Source: Antedon mediterranea (lineage: Eukaryota > Animalia > Echinodermata). Taken from it: DNA of 64,000 nucleotides. Below are positions 1 to 13,366 of the stretch, piece by piece. Below the pieces are notes generated by a model. That model did no database searches, had not been told where the DNA came from, and worked only from the letters and a program-made list of their open reading frames with translations. The DNA lies in assembly GCF_964355755.1 (NCBI RefSeq), contig NC_092677.1, forward strand, positions 25,655,175 to 25,719,174, given 5' to 3'. Both the position numbers and the translations under genes were made by a program. The stretch's first letter is position 1; the number at the start of each line of letters is the position of its first letter.

Positions 1-222
1 ATATTTAGGTCTCCCTTTTCGTATATTAGGGTCTCCCTTTTTGTATAGTGGGGTCTCCCTTTTTGTATAGTGGGGTCTCCCTTTTCGTATATTTAGGTCT
101 CCCTTTTCGTATAGTGGGGTCTCCCTTTTCGTACGTGGGTCTCCCTTTTCGTATATTTAGGTCTCTCTTTTCGTATTGGGTCTCGGGTCTCTGGTCTCGG
201 GTCTCTAGTTTCGAAACACCCG
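1..222. repeat. ~22-bp minisatellite (GGGTCTCCCTTTTCGTATA..), truncated by the window edge
   Basis: About 8 visible units ending in GGTCTC(G/T) repeats; probably the subterminal array of a DNA element. Confidence 0.85.
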
Positions 223-884
223 TTTTTAACCGATTATTCTGTTTAACAGCACGCTAGACCCTAGATGTGCTAGATTTAAAGTACCGTATTTATTGAAAAA
301 ACGGCCTGGGCTGTTTATTGTTTAGGTGGTTTTTAGGTGGACATTTATTGGAAGAAAGTTGTTTATTCAATGGGAGGGGGTATAATCTAATGGAAATAGA
401 CGCCGATTATTCCATATGATGTTTCATGGGAGTGACATGGTCACCGTTTATTTGAGGGGAATTTATTTAAAGATCGACGTTTATTCGGTGAGTGAACATT
501 GAGGTCAAATATCAAAAGTGATATTATTCTTCAAGTGTACAAAAATACATATATGACAAATTTGAGATAAAAATTAATTCTTTTAAGACCAGTGGTTATC
601 GAAGCATTGTCCTGACGCAAAAATTATTATTATTATTAGCGAACCCAGTCTTTACAGTAAATACATGGAGTACTATATAATACGTTCGACTATCCTATGA
701 TCATGTGTGACAATCTTCAGTTTATACCACCAGGCTATATTTATGTTCAATCTTTTACTTTTGTTTACAATAATGAATAGTAATTCGTCAAAGTAACGAA
801 TTAAAATATAGTTATTAATTAATAGTTGCAGAGTCAGGTTGTTGAATGGTCTGGGTGGTTAGGGTGTTCTAAAGGGATAGTTTT

Positions 885-1158
885 CTGGGTGGTAATTGTC
901 CGGGGGGTAATTGTCCGGGGGGTAATTGTCCGGGGGGTAATTGTTCCTAGGGGGTAATTGTCCGGGGGGTAGTTGTCCAGGGGGTAGTTGTCCTAAGGGG
1001 GTTGTTGTCCTAAGGGGGTAGTTGTCCGGGGAGTATTTGTCCGGGGGGTAGTTGTCCTAAAGGGGTAGTTGTCCTAAGGGGGTAGTGGTCCAGGTGGTGG
1101 TTGTCCGGGGGGTAGTTGTCCGGGGGGTAAATGTCCAGGGGGTGAATATCCGGATACG
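885..1158. repeat. G-rich 15-19-bp minisatellite (GGGGGGTARTTGTCC)
   Basis: About 16 tandem units with G5-G7 runs. Confidence 0.9.
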
Positions 1159-2156
1159 GTTTTTAATATATGGCTAAGCAGTGGTTTCTTCATAAATCTC
1201 CTTAATTATCGATGTGATTATATTTAAATTGTAGTGCCTGGTGATTGGCTAGTGGTTATGTCATCCACATCACATCCAATCACCGGGTCTAATTGAATGA
1301 AAATAGCGATCCCTGATCCGGGATTGGCTGGCTATGTATAGTTGCGATTCGTGTTCCCACTAGCGACGCAGATTAGCCTAGGCCTACCTAGGCAGTATCA
1401 ATGTCGGCAAATCATATGGTTTACTAGTAAGCCTAGGCCTAGTATTGCTGATTTTGTAATTTTACATGTAGGCTGAGACAACAAATAAATAGTTATTGTC
1501 TCAGATGTAGGGCTACTACAGGTCATAAAATGCTACTTTAATGTCATAGGCCTAAAAACATTAGCGTAGATCAATCGCGGCAGAAACCTATACTAATTAC
1601 AATTATAGCATCTAATATTCTAAGCCAATAACAATATAGTATTGTTTTTATCTGGTATATTGATGAAGTAGGCCTACACTAAGGTCTTCACAATAACATA
1701 AAATGTAATTTAATAACTGTTTTCAATGGCGTGAGGCAGAGGCCTGAAGCCACTTGTTTAGGAAACCTAAGTGGCCCTCCAAAATTTTCAAAGATCGAGG
1801 CCTCGGACGTTTTTAGCATTTTCGACAAATTTTATTCCTGTTCCTCTGGGCACTGCTCATGGGCCCCAAGCTTCGGTTTAGCCAGTGAGCGCACATATCC
1901 GTTACGCCACTGATTATACTGTTCAAATATGTATGAATACATACAGTGCAACAAAGAACGCGCGAAAGAAGCGTAGTCAACACGGTTAAATGTCGTTGCA
2001 CATGTGCAGTAAACAATATATTAGGCACGCGACCGTTTCGTTGTTACCATGCGGTTAATTAAACTGTAACATTGTGGGCGGTCCGCGGTCTGTCGGCGAG
2101 AGTCAAGGAACCCTTGATCTCACGTCGATGCATATCCTTCTATTCTTTAATCCATG

Positions 2157-3093
2157 GCTATAGTAACCATTTGTGTCAAAAGTGGTTACTAGAGCACAAT
2201 TGTCAAGCGCAGAACCCATTATTCGTCTCTGCGCATGTTTGTTATGCTATAGTAACCATTTATGTCAAAAAATAAAAGGGTCTAAAATTGGTCATTTTTC
2301 GAAAATTTCCCTTACTATAGTACAGGGATTTTTTCAAAAAATAACAAATTTTCGACCTTTTTATTTTTCGATAAAACTGGTTACTATAGCACAATTGACA
2401 TGCGCAGAAACCTTTATTCGACTCTGCGCATGTTTATTATGCTATAGTAACCATTTATGTCAAAAGTGGTTACTGGAGCACAATTGACATGCGCAGAACC
2501 CATTATTCGTCTCTGCGCATGTTTGTTATGCTATAGTAACAATTTATGTCAAAAAATAAAAAGGTTGAAAATTGGCCATTTTTCTAAAATTTCCCTTACT
2601 ATTACAGGGATTTTTTCAAAAAATGACCAATTTTCGACCTTTTTATTTTTCGATAAAACTGGTTACTATAGCACAATTGACATGCGCAGAACCCATTAAT
2701 CAACTCTGGGCATGTTTATTATGCTATAGTAACCATTTATGTCAAAAGTGGTTACTATAGCACAATTGACATGCGCAGAACCCATTATTCGTCTCTGCGC
2801 ATGTTTATTATGCTATAGTAACCATTTATATCAAAAAATAAAAGGGTCGAAAATCGACCAATTTTCGACAATTTCCCTGTATTTTTTCAAAAACGTCAAA
2901 TTTTTGACCTTTTTATTTTTCGATAAAACTGGTTACTATAGCACAATTGACATGCGCAGAACGCATTATTCGACTCTTGGCATGTTTATTATGCTATAGT
3001 AACCATTTATGTCAAAAGTGGTTACTATAGCACAATTGACATGCGCAGAACCCATTATTTGTCTCTGCGCATGTTTATTATGTAAAAAAAAAA
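2157..3093. mobile_element. Tandem array of ~280-bp palindromic MITE-like units (left part)
   Basis: Units TACAGGGATTTTTTCAAAAA...TTTTCGAAAATTTCCCTGTA with inverted ends and internal GGTTACTATAGCA...TGCGCAGA...TCTGCGCA...TGCTATAGTAACC hairpins. Units lie at ~2322-2597, 2604-2880 and 2881 onward; the TA flanks suggest Tc1/mariner type. Confidence 0.7.
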
Positions 3094-3104
3094 CATTTAT
3101 GTAA

Positions 3105-6100
3105 AATAAATTTTCTTCAGATTAAAATTAACACTGATGAATTTAGAAAGGAAAGTAGCAATAAAAGAGAAAGAATTTGTAACAAATGGGTTAAAAAATA
3201 TACTATAAAAAATCATGAGTCTCCTCTCCTTAATTGCCTAAGTCACACAGCTGACTTAGGCAGAAACACAAAAAAACGATCTGAGCATGTGCAAATGTAT
3301 ATAAAAGCACTCAGATAATGCACAGAGGGCAGTATAATGATATAAGCAGTGAGTTAGGCAGATCATAAGTCAGCTCTCCTTAATTGCCTAAGTCACACAG
3401 CTGACTTAGGCAGAAACACAAAAAATATAGTATATTGATATAAGCAGTGAGTTAGGCAGAAAAAAAAAACTATGTCTTAGACACTTTTGTTATGAGGCTG
3501 TCGATATCATCTATATACAAAAAATGCTACCTTTAAGTAACAAAATTTAATAGCATCAGCCCTTCAGATTAAAATTAACACTGATGAATTTAGAAAAGGA
3601 AAGTATCAATAAAAGAGAAAGAATTTGTAACAAATGGGTTAAAAAATATGCTATAAAAATGTATTTCTTATTTCATTTAAAAAATCAGGAGTCTCCTCTC
3701 CTTAATTGCCTAAGTCACACAGCTGACTTAGGCAGAAACACAAAAAACGATCTGAGCATGTGCAAATGTATATAAAAGCACTCAGATAATGTACAGAGGG
3801 CAGTATAATGATATAAGCAGTGAGTTAGGCAGATCATAAGTCAGCTCTCCTTAATTGCCTAAGTCACACAGCTGACTTAGGCAGAAACACAAAAAATATA
3901 GTATATTGATATAAGCAGTGAGTTAGGCAGATCATAAGTCAGCTCTCCTTAATTGCCTAAGTCACACAGCTGACTTGAGCAGAAACACAAAAAATATAGT
4001 ATATTGATATAAGCAGTGAGTTAGGCAGAAAAAAAAAAACTATGTCTTAGACACTTTTGTTATGAGGCTGTCGATATCATCTATATACAAAAAATGCTAC
4101 CTTTAAGTAACAAAATTTAATAGCATCAGCTCTTCAGATTAAAATTAACACTGATGATTTTAGAAAAGGAAAGTAGCAATAAAAGCGAAAGAATTTGTAA
4201 CAAATGGGTTAAAAAATATACTATGAAAATGTATTTCTTATTTAAAAATCATCAGTCTCCTCTCCTTAATTGCCTAAGTCACACAGCTGACTTAGGCAGA
4301 AACACAAAAATATAGTATATTGATATAAGCAGTGAGTTAGGCAGATCATAAGTCAGCTCTCCTTAACAGCTGACTTAGGCAGAAACACAAAAACACGATC
4401 TGAGCACGTGAAAATGTATATAACAGCACTCAGATAATGTACAAAGGGCAGTATAATGATATAAACAGTGAGTTAGGCAGATCATAAGTCAGCTCTCCTT
4501 AATTGCCTAAGTCACACAGCTGACTTAGGCAGAAACACAAAAAATATAGTATATTGATATAAGCAGTGAGTTAGGCAGATCATAAGTCAGCTCTCCTTAA
4601 TTGCCTAAGTCACACAGCTGACTTGAGCAGAAATACAAAAAATATAGTATATTGATATAAGCAGTGAGTTAGGCAGAAAAAAAAAACAAGCTATGTCTTA
4701 GACACTTTTGTTATGAGGCTGTCGATATCATCTATATACAAAAAAATGCTACCTTTAAGTAACAAAATTTAATAGCATCAGCCCTTCAGATTAAAATTAA
4801 CACTGATGAATTTAGAAAAGGAAAGTATCAATAAAAGAGAAAGAATTTGTAACAAATGGGTTAAAAAATATGCTATAAAAATGTATTTCTTATTTCATTA
4901 AAAAAATCAGGAGTCTCCTCTCCTTAATTGCCTAAGTCACACAGCTGACTTAGGCAGAAACACAAAAAACGATCTGAGCATGTGCAAATGTATATAAAAG
5001 CACTCAGATAATGTACAGAGGGCAGTATAATTATATAAGCAGTGAGTTAGGCAGATCATAAGTCAGCTCTCCTTAATTGCCTAAGTCACACAGCTGACTT
5101 GAGCAGAAACACAAAAAATATAGTATATATATTGATATAAGCAGTGAGTTAGGCAGAAAAAAAAAAACTATGTCTTAGGCACTTTTGTTATGAGGCTGTC
5201 GATATCATCTATATCCAAAAAATGCTACCTTTAAGTAACAAAATTTAATAGCATCAGCTCTTCAGATTAAAATTAACACTGATGATTTTAGAAAAGGAAA
5301 GTAGCAATAAAAGCGAAAGAATTTGTAACAAATGGGTTAAAAAATATACTATGAAAATGTATTTCTTATTTAAAAATCATCAGTCTCCTCTCCTTAATTG
5401 CCTAAGTCACACAGCTGACTTAGGCAGAAACACAAAAAAAACGATCTGAGCACGTGCAAATGTATATAAAAGCACTCAGATAATGTACAAAGGGCAGTAT
5501 AATGATATAAGCAGTGAGTTAGGCAGATCATAAGTCAGCTCTCCTTAATTGCCTAAGTCACACAGCTGACTTAGGCAGAAACACAAAAAATATAGTATAT
5601 TGATATAAGCAGTGAGTTAGGCAGATCATAAGTCAGCTCTCCTTAATTGCCTAAGTCACACAGCTGACTTGAGCAGAAATACAAAAAATATAGTATATTG
5701 ATATAAGCAGTGAGTTAGGCAGAAAAAAAACAAACTATGTCTTAGACACTTTTGTTATGAGGCTGTCGATATCATCTATATACAAAAAATGCTACCTTTA
5801 AGTAACAAAATTTAATAGCATCAGCCCTTCAGATTAAAATTAACACTGATGAATTTAGAAAAGGAAAGTATCAATAAAAGAGAAAGAATTTGTAACAAAT
5901 GGGTTAAAAAATATGCTATAAAAATGTATTTCTTATTTCATTTAAAAAATCAGGAGTCTCCTCTCCTTAATTGCCTAAGTCACACAGCTGACTTAGGCAG
6001 AAACACAAAAAACGATCTGAGCATGTGCAAATGTATATAAAAGCACTCAGATAATGTACAGAGGGCAGTATAATGATATAAGCAGTGAGTTAGGCAGATC

Positions 6101-9100
6101 ATAAGTCAGCTCTCCTTAATTGCCTAAGTCACACAGCTGACTTAGGCAGAAACACAAAAAATATAGTATATTGATATAAGCAGTGAGTTAGGCAGATCAT
6201 AAGTCAGCTCTCCTTAATTGCCTAAGTCACACAGCTGACTTGAGCAGAAACACAAAAAATATAGTATATTGATATAAGCAGTGAGTTAGGCAGAAAAAAA
6301 AAAACTATGTCTTAGACACTTTTGTTATGAGGCTGTCGATATCATCTATATACAAAAAATGCTACCTTTAAGTAACAAAATTTAATAGCATCAGCTCTTC
6401 AGATTAAAATTAACACTGATGATTTTAGAAAAGGAAAGTAGCAATAAAAGCGAAAGAATTTGTAACAAATGGGTTAAAAAATATACTATGAAAATGTATT
6501 TCTTATTTAAAAATCATCAGTCTCCTCTCCTTAATTGCCTAAGTCACACAGCTGACTTAGGCAGAAACACAAAAATATAGTATATTGATATAAGCAGTGA
6601 GTTAGGCAGATCATAAGTCAGCTCTCCTTAACAGCTGACTTAGGCAGAAACACAAAAACACGATCTGAGCACGTGAAAATGTATATAACAGCACTCAGAT
6701 AATGTACAAAGGGCAGTATAATGATATAAACAGTGAGTTAGGCAGATCATAAGTCAGCTCTCCTTAATTGCCTAAGTCACACAGCTGACTTAGGCAGAAA
6801 CACAAAAAATATAGTATATTGATATAAGCAGTGAGTTAGGCAGATCATAAGTCAGCTCTCCTTAATTGCCTAAGTCACACAGCTGACTTGAGCAGAAATA
6901 CAAAAAATATAGTATATTGATATAAGCAGTGAGTTAGGCAGAAAAAAAAAACAAGCTATGTCTTAGACACTTTTGTTATGAGGCTGTCGATATCATCTAT
7001 ATACAAAAAAATGCTACCTTTAAGTAACAAAATTTAATAGCATCAGCCCTTCAGATGAAAATTAACACTGATGAATTTAGAAAAGGAAAGTATCAATAAA
7101 AGAGAAAGAATTTGTAACAAATGGGTTAAAAAATATGCTATAAAAATGTATTTCTTATTTCATTAAAAAAATCAGGAGTCTCCTCTCCTTAATTGCCTAA
7201 GTCACACAGCTGACTTAGGCAGAAACACAAAAAACGATCTGAGCATGTGCAAATGTATATAAAAGCACTCAGATAATGTACAGAGGGCAGTATAATGATA
7301 TAAGCAGTGAGTTAGGCAGATCATAAGTCAGCTCTCCTTAATTGCCTATGTCACACAGCTGACTTGAGCAGAAACACAAAAAATATAGTATATATATTGA
7401 TATAAGCAGTGAGTTAGGCAGAAAAAAAAAACTATGTCTTAGGCACTTTTGTTATGAGGCTGTCGATATCATCTATATACAAAAAATGCTACCTTTAAGT
7501 AACAAAATTTAATAGCATCAGCTCTTCAGATTAAAATTAACACTGATGATTTTAGAAAAGGAAAGTAGCAATAAAAGCGAAAGAATTTGTAACAAATGGG
7601 TTAAAAAATATACTATGAAAATGTATTTCTTATTTAAAAATCATCAGTCTCCTCTCCTTAATTGCCTAAGTCACACTGCTGATTTAGGCAGAAACACAAA
7701 AAAACGATCTGAGCACGTGCAAATGTATATAAAAGCACTCAGATAATGTACAAAGGGCAGTATAATGATATAAGCAGTGAGTTAGGCAGATCATAAGTCA
7801 GCTCTCCTTAATTGCCTAAGTCACACAGCTGACTTAGGCAGAAACACAAAAATATAGTATATTGATATAAGCAGTGAGTTAGGCAGATCAGAAGTCAGCT
7901 CTCCTTAATTGCCTAAGTCACACAGCTGACTTGAGCAGAAATACAAAAAATATAGTATATTGATATAAGCAGTGAGTTAGGCAGAAAAAAAAAACTATGT
8001 CTTAGACACTTTTGTTATGAGGCTGTAGATATCATCTATATACAAAAAATGCTACCTTTAAGTAACAAAATTTAATAGCATCAGCCCTTCAGATTAAAAT
8101 TAACACTGATGAATTTAGAAAAGGAAAGTATCAATAAAAGAGAAAGAATTTGTAACAAATGGGTTAAAAAATATGCTATAAAAATGTATTTCTTATTTCA
8201 TTTAAAAAATCAGGAGTCTCCTCTCCTTAATTGCCTAAGTCACACAGCTGACTTAGGCAGAAACACAAAAAACGATCTGAGCATGTACAAATGTATATAA
8301 AAGCACTCAGATAATGTACAGAGGGCAGTATAATGATATAAGCAGTGAGTTAGGCAGATCATAAGTCAGCTCTCCTTAATTGCCTAAGTCACACAGCTGA
8401 CTTAGGCAGAAACACAAAAAATATAGTATATTGATATAAGCAGTGAGTTAGGCAGATCATAAGTCAGCTCTCCTTAATTGCCTAAGTCACACAGCTGACT
8501 TGAGCAGAAACACAAAAAATATAGTATATTGATATAAGCAGTGAGTTAGGCAGAAAAAAAAAACTATGTCTTAGACACTTTTGTTATGAGGCTGTCGATA
8601 TCATCTATATACAAAAAATGCTACCTTTAAGTAACAAAATTTAATAGCATCAGCTCTTCAGATTAAAATTAACACTGATGATTTTAGAAAAGGAAAGTAG
8701 CAATAAAAGCGAAAGAATTTGTAACAAATGGGTTAAAAAATATACTATGAAAATGTATTTCTTATTTAAAAATCATCAGTCTCCTCTCCTTAATTGCCTA
8801 AGTCACACAGCTGACTTAGGCAGAAACACAAAAATATAGTATATTGATATAAGCAGTGAGTTAGGCAGATCATAAGTCAGCTCTCCTTAACAGCTGACTT
8901 AGGCAGAAACACAAAAACACGATCTGAGCACGTGAAAATGTATATAACAGCACTCAGATATTGTACAAAGGGCAGTATAATGATATAAACAGTGAGTTAG
9001 GCAGATCATAAGTCAGCTCTCCTTAATTGCCTAAGTCACACAGCTGACTTAGGCAGAAACACAAAAAATATAGTATATTGATATAAGCAGTGAGTTAGGC

Positions 9101-11643
9101 AGATCATAAGTCAGCTCTCCTTAATTGCCTAAGTCACACTCAGCTGACTTGAGCAGAAATACAAAAAATATAGTATATTGATATAAGCAGTGAGTTAGGC
9201 AGAAAAAAAAAACAAGCTATGTCTTAGACACTTTTGTTATGAGGCTGTCGATATCATCTATATACAAAAAAATGCTACCTTTAAGTAACAAAATTTAATA
9301 GCATCAGCCCTTCAGATGAAAATTAACACTGATGAATTTAGAAAAGGAAAGTATCAATAAAAGAGAAAGAATTTGTAACAAATGGGTTAAAAAATATGCT
9401 ATAAAAATGTATTTCTTATTTCATTAAAAAAATCAGGAGTCTCCTCTCCTTAATTGCCTAAGTCACACAGCTGACTTAGGCAGAAACACAAAAAACGATC
9501 TGAGCATGTGCAAATGTATATAAAAGCACTCAGATAATGTACAGAGGGCAGTATAATTATATAAGCAGTGAGTTAGGCAGATCATAAGTCAGCTCTCCTT
9601 AATTGCCTAAGTCACACAGCTGACTTGAGCAGAAACACAAAAAATATAGTATATATATTGATATAAGCAGTGAGTTAGGCAGAAAAAAAAAAACTATGTC
9701 TTAGGCACTTTTGTTATGAGGCTGTCGATATCATCTATATCCAAAAAATGCTACCTTTAAGTAACAAAATTTAATAGCATCAGCTCTTCAGATTAAAATT
9801 AACACTGATGATTTTAGAAAAGGAAAGTAGCAATAAAAGCGAAAGAATTTGTAACAAATGGGTTAAAAAATATACTATGAAAATGTATTTCTTATTTAAA
9901 AATCATCAGTCTCCTCTCCTTAATTGCCTAAGTCACACAGCTGACTTAGGCAGAAACACAAAAAAAACGATCTGAGCACGTGCAAATGTATATAAAAGCA
10001 CTCAGATAATGTACAAAGGGCAGTATAATGATATAAGCAGTGAGTTAGGCAGATCATAAGTCAGCTCTCCTTAATTGCCTAAGTCACACAGCTGACTTAG
10101 GCAGAAACACAAAAAATATAGTATATTGATATAAGCAGTGAGTTAGGCAGATCATAAGTCAGCTCTCCTTAATTGCCTAAGTCACACAGCTGACTTGAGC
10201 AGAAATACAAAAAATATAGTATATTGATATAAGCAGTGAGTTAGGCAGAAAAAAAACAAACTATGTCTTAGACACTTTTGTTATGAGGCTGTCGATATCA
10301 TCTATATACAAAAAATGCTACCTTTAAGTAACAAAATTTAATAGCATCAGCCCTTCAGATTAAAATTAACACTGATGAATTTAGAAAAGGAAAGTATCAA
10401 TAAAAGAGAAAGAATTTGTAACAAATGGGTTAAAAAATATGCTATAAAAATGTATTTCTTATTTCATTTAAAAAATCAGGAGTCTCCTCTCCTTAATTGC
10501 CTAAGTCACACAGCTGACTTAGGCAGAAACACAAAAAACGATCTGAGCATGTGCAAATGTATATAAAAGCACTCAGATAATGTACAGAGGGCAGTATAAT
10601 GATATAAGCAGTGAGTTAGGCAGATCATAAGTCAGCTCTCCTTAATTGCCTAAGTCACACAGCTGACTTAGGCAGAAACACAAAAAATATAGTATATTGA
10701 TATAAGCAGTGAGTTAGGCAGATCATAAGTCAGCTCTCCTTAATTGCCTAAGTCACACAGCTGACTTGAGCAGAAACACAAAAAATATAGTATATTGATA
10801 TAAGCAGTGAGTTAGGCAGAAAAAAAAAAACTATGTCTTAGACACTTTTGTTATGAGGCTGTCGATATCATCTATATACAAAAAATGCTACCTTTAAGTA
10901 ACAAAATTTAATAGCATCAGCTCTTCAGATTAAAATTAACACTGATGATTTTAGAAAAGGAAAGTAGCAATAAAAGCGAAAGAATTTGTAACAAATGGGT
11001 TAAAAAATATACTATGAAAATGTATTTCTTATTTAAAAATCATCAGTCTCCTCTCCTTAATTGCCTAAGTCACACAGCTGACTTAGGCAGAAACACAAAA
11101 ATATAGTATATTGATATAAGCAGTGAGTTAGGCAGATCATAAGTCAGCTCTCCTTAACAGCTGACTTAGGCAGAAACACAAAAACACGATCTGAGCACGT
11201 GAAAATGTATATAACAGCACTCAGATAATGTACAAAGGGCAGTATAATGATATAAACAGTGAGTTAGGCAGATCATAAGTCAGCTCTCCTTAATTGCCTA
11301 AGTCACACAGCTGACTTAGGCAGAAACACAAAAAATATAGTATATTGATATAAGCAGTGAGTTAGGCAGAAAAAAAAAACAAACTATGTCTTAGACACTT
11401 TTGTTATGAGGCTGTCGATATCATCTATATACAAAAAATGCTACCTTTAAGTAACAAAATTTAATAGCATCAGCTCTTCAGATTAAAATTAACACTGATG
11501 ATTTTAGAAAAGGAAAGTAGCAATAAAAGCGAAAGAATTTGTAACAAATGGGTTAAAAAATATACTATAAAAATGTATTTATTTTATTTAAAAAATCATG
11601 AGTCTCCTCTCCTTAATTGCAAACACAAAAAAAACGATCTGAG
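3105..11643. repeat. 8.5-kb satellite with higher-order repeat (4 monomers, ~2265 bp, ~3.8 copies)
   Basis: The near-identical ORF MNLEKES.. recurs at 3584, 5849, 8109 and 10375. Monomers of ~570/652/476/567 bp start at CTTCAGAT(T/G)AAAATT and each contains 98-bp and ~149-bp subunits carrying the hairpin TGCCTAAGTCA-cacagc-TGACTTAGGCA. Confidence 0.97.
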
Positions 11644-11654
11644 CATTTATGTAA

Positions 11655-12040
11655 CCCATTATTCGTCTCTGCGCATGTTTATTATGCTATAGTAACCATT
11701 TATGTCAAAAAATAAAAGGGTCGAAAATCTGCCATTTTTCGAAGATTTCCCTGTACTATAGTACAGGATTTTTTCAAAAAATGGCAAATTTTCGACCTTT
11801 TTATTTTTCGATAAAACTGGTTACTATAGTACAATTGACATGCGCAGAACCCATTATTCGACTCTGCGCATGTTTATTATGCTATAGTAACCATTTATGT
11901 CATAAGTGGTTACTATAGCACAATTGACATGCGCAGAACCCATTATTCGTCTCTGCGCATATTTATTATGCTATAGTAACCATTTATGTCAAAAATTAAA
12001 AGGATCGAAAATCAGCCATTTTTCGAAAATGTTCCTGTAC
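11655..12040. mobile_element. Tandem palindromic MITE-like units (right part of the array interrupted by the satellite)
   Basis: Same unit as 2157-3093, with palindromic junction CCTGTACTATAGTACAGG at ~11750-11767; ends TTCCTGTA at ~12040. Confidence 0.7.
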
Positions 12041-13171
12041 ATTAGGCCAATGTTTACTATACAATGACAAATAATGTGTTCCTTGTACCTACAGTAGGGA
12101 AATTAGACACTACAGTATAGTATATGTATCACAAGGTTCTTGTATCATGTAAGGTTATGTTACTTGGCAATACAGCATGTGTAATGCTAATCGGCTAGTT
12201 TTTGCATGATTAAATTAAAAACTACAGACCATTAGTTATCCAAATGCTTTAATTACAAAAGACATTTTTATCATTTAAAACATATTACGTTCGAGTGACT
12301 GCGTACCGTCTCCTTAGAATCATTTACATACAACGACCTGATTTAAAACGTGTTGTTTAACTTTGAGGAAAAGCCTGTGTTTAAATCACGTCTAAGTAGA
12401 CCTATTATTGACAACGTTTTAATAATGTTTGACAACTTTAACAAGTACGTCATAGCTAGGCTGTGCCATTTCTTCTCTGTGAAATATACTACATTTCGTC
12501 ACATCGTGGGTGGGTCAAACCATTAAAGAAGCAAAAGGTCAATTAGGCCAATCTTTTATTTTTTCTTTAATTAAACTTAAACGGTTCATAATTAAGAGCT
12601 AAAACTTAGACCACACTAATATAGATGGAGAAGTATTCTATACAATTAAGCTTCGAGTTTGCGAATTTTCTTTTTTTCTGTTTGTACCTTTGTTGATATG
12701 GATGAATTTTCCGAAATAAAAAGAAATTGAATTGAAATTACACATTCGAGTTATTTTGTTAAACAATGAGATTGTAGATATTTTATAAAAACTCTAAAGA
12801 TGTGATTTTGAGGAAGAAAGAGTGTTCAGAGACAAAAAGAAAGAAAAAGAAAAAATTTCAAAATGATAGGTGGTTGCCGTTACTCTCTAATTCAACTTCT
12901 TTCTTCTTCTCTTCATTTTTACACTTCTCCTAAAAAGTCAGTTTTGTAAATAAAGTAAAATCACGAAAATTAAAATTGTAATGTTAATAATTGTAAATGC
13001 GTGTATGAAATAAACATCATAATAATAAATTAAATAAACATAAATGGTTTATGAATAATTAGTGATAAGACATTTGATAAAAATTGTTTCAGCTTATGTT
13101 AAAATTGATCAGAGATGTACAATGAAAACTTATATATATTTCCATACAAACACAAAACATATACCAGATTA

Positions 13172-13366
13172 CATATAAATCATACTGTATATTATAGAAA
13201 CAGTGCTCATAATCGTAACATGATCTCATAATCGCGTCGAGCATAGCTCATTGGCGAAAGTTCCGTATTTTTTAGTTGTATGAAAAAATGTCTCTGGCGC
13301 GATTATGAGATCATGTCACCGAATATGAGCACTGTTTTTATAATTTACAGTATGATTTATATATAA
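13172..13366. mobile_element. Palindromic MITE
   Basis: Long imperfect inverted arms ATATAAATCATACTGTA..CAGTGCTCATA..CATGATCTCATAATCGCG / CGCGATTATGAGATCATG..TATGAGCACTG..TACAGTATGATTTATAT. Confidence 0.7.

Noticed and set aside
2072-2999. Overlapping Cys-rich ORFs
   Set aside because: Translations of the tandem MITE units.
3582-3610. Hammerhead ribozyme in the satellite (CTGATGA...GAAA in every monomer)
   Set aside because: Stem II is weak or absent, and I found no stem I/III pairing with a UH cleavage site; the best partner, TGCTACC, has C where U is required. An Infernal hammerhead search would settle it.
3584-10566. Repeated 63-aa ORF MNLEKES...
   Set aside because: By-product of the satellite; other monomers are frameshifted and no domain is recognisable.
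3225-11330. CRISPR-like array: a 28-bp palindromic repeat recurring at regular intervals
   Set aside because: The intervening sequences are themselves repeated rather than unique spacers, there are no cas genes, and the context is eukaryotic. It is a satellite.
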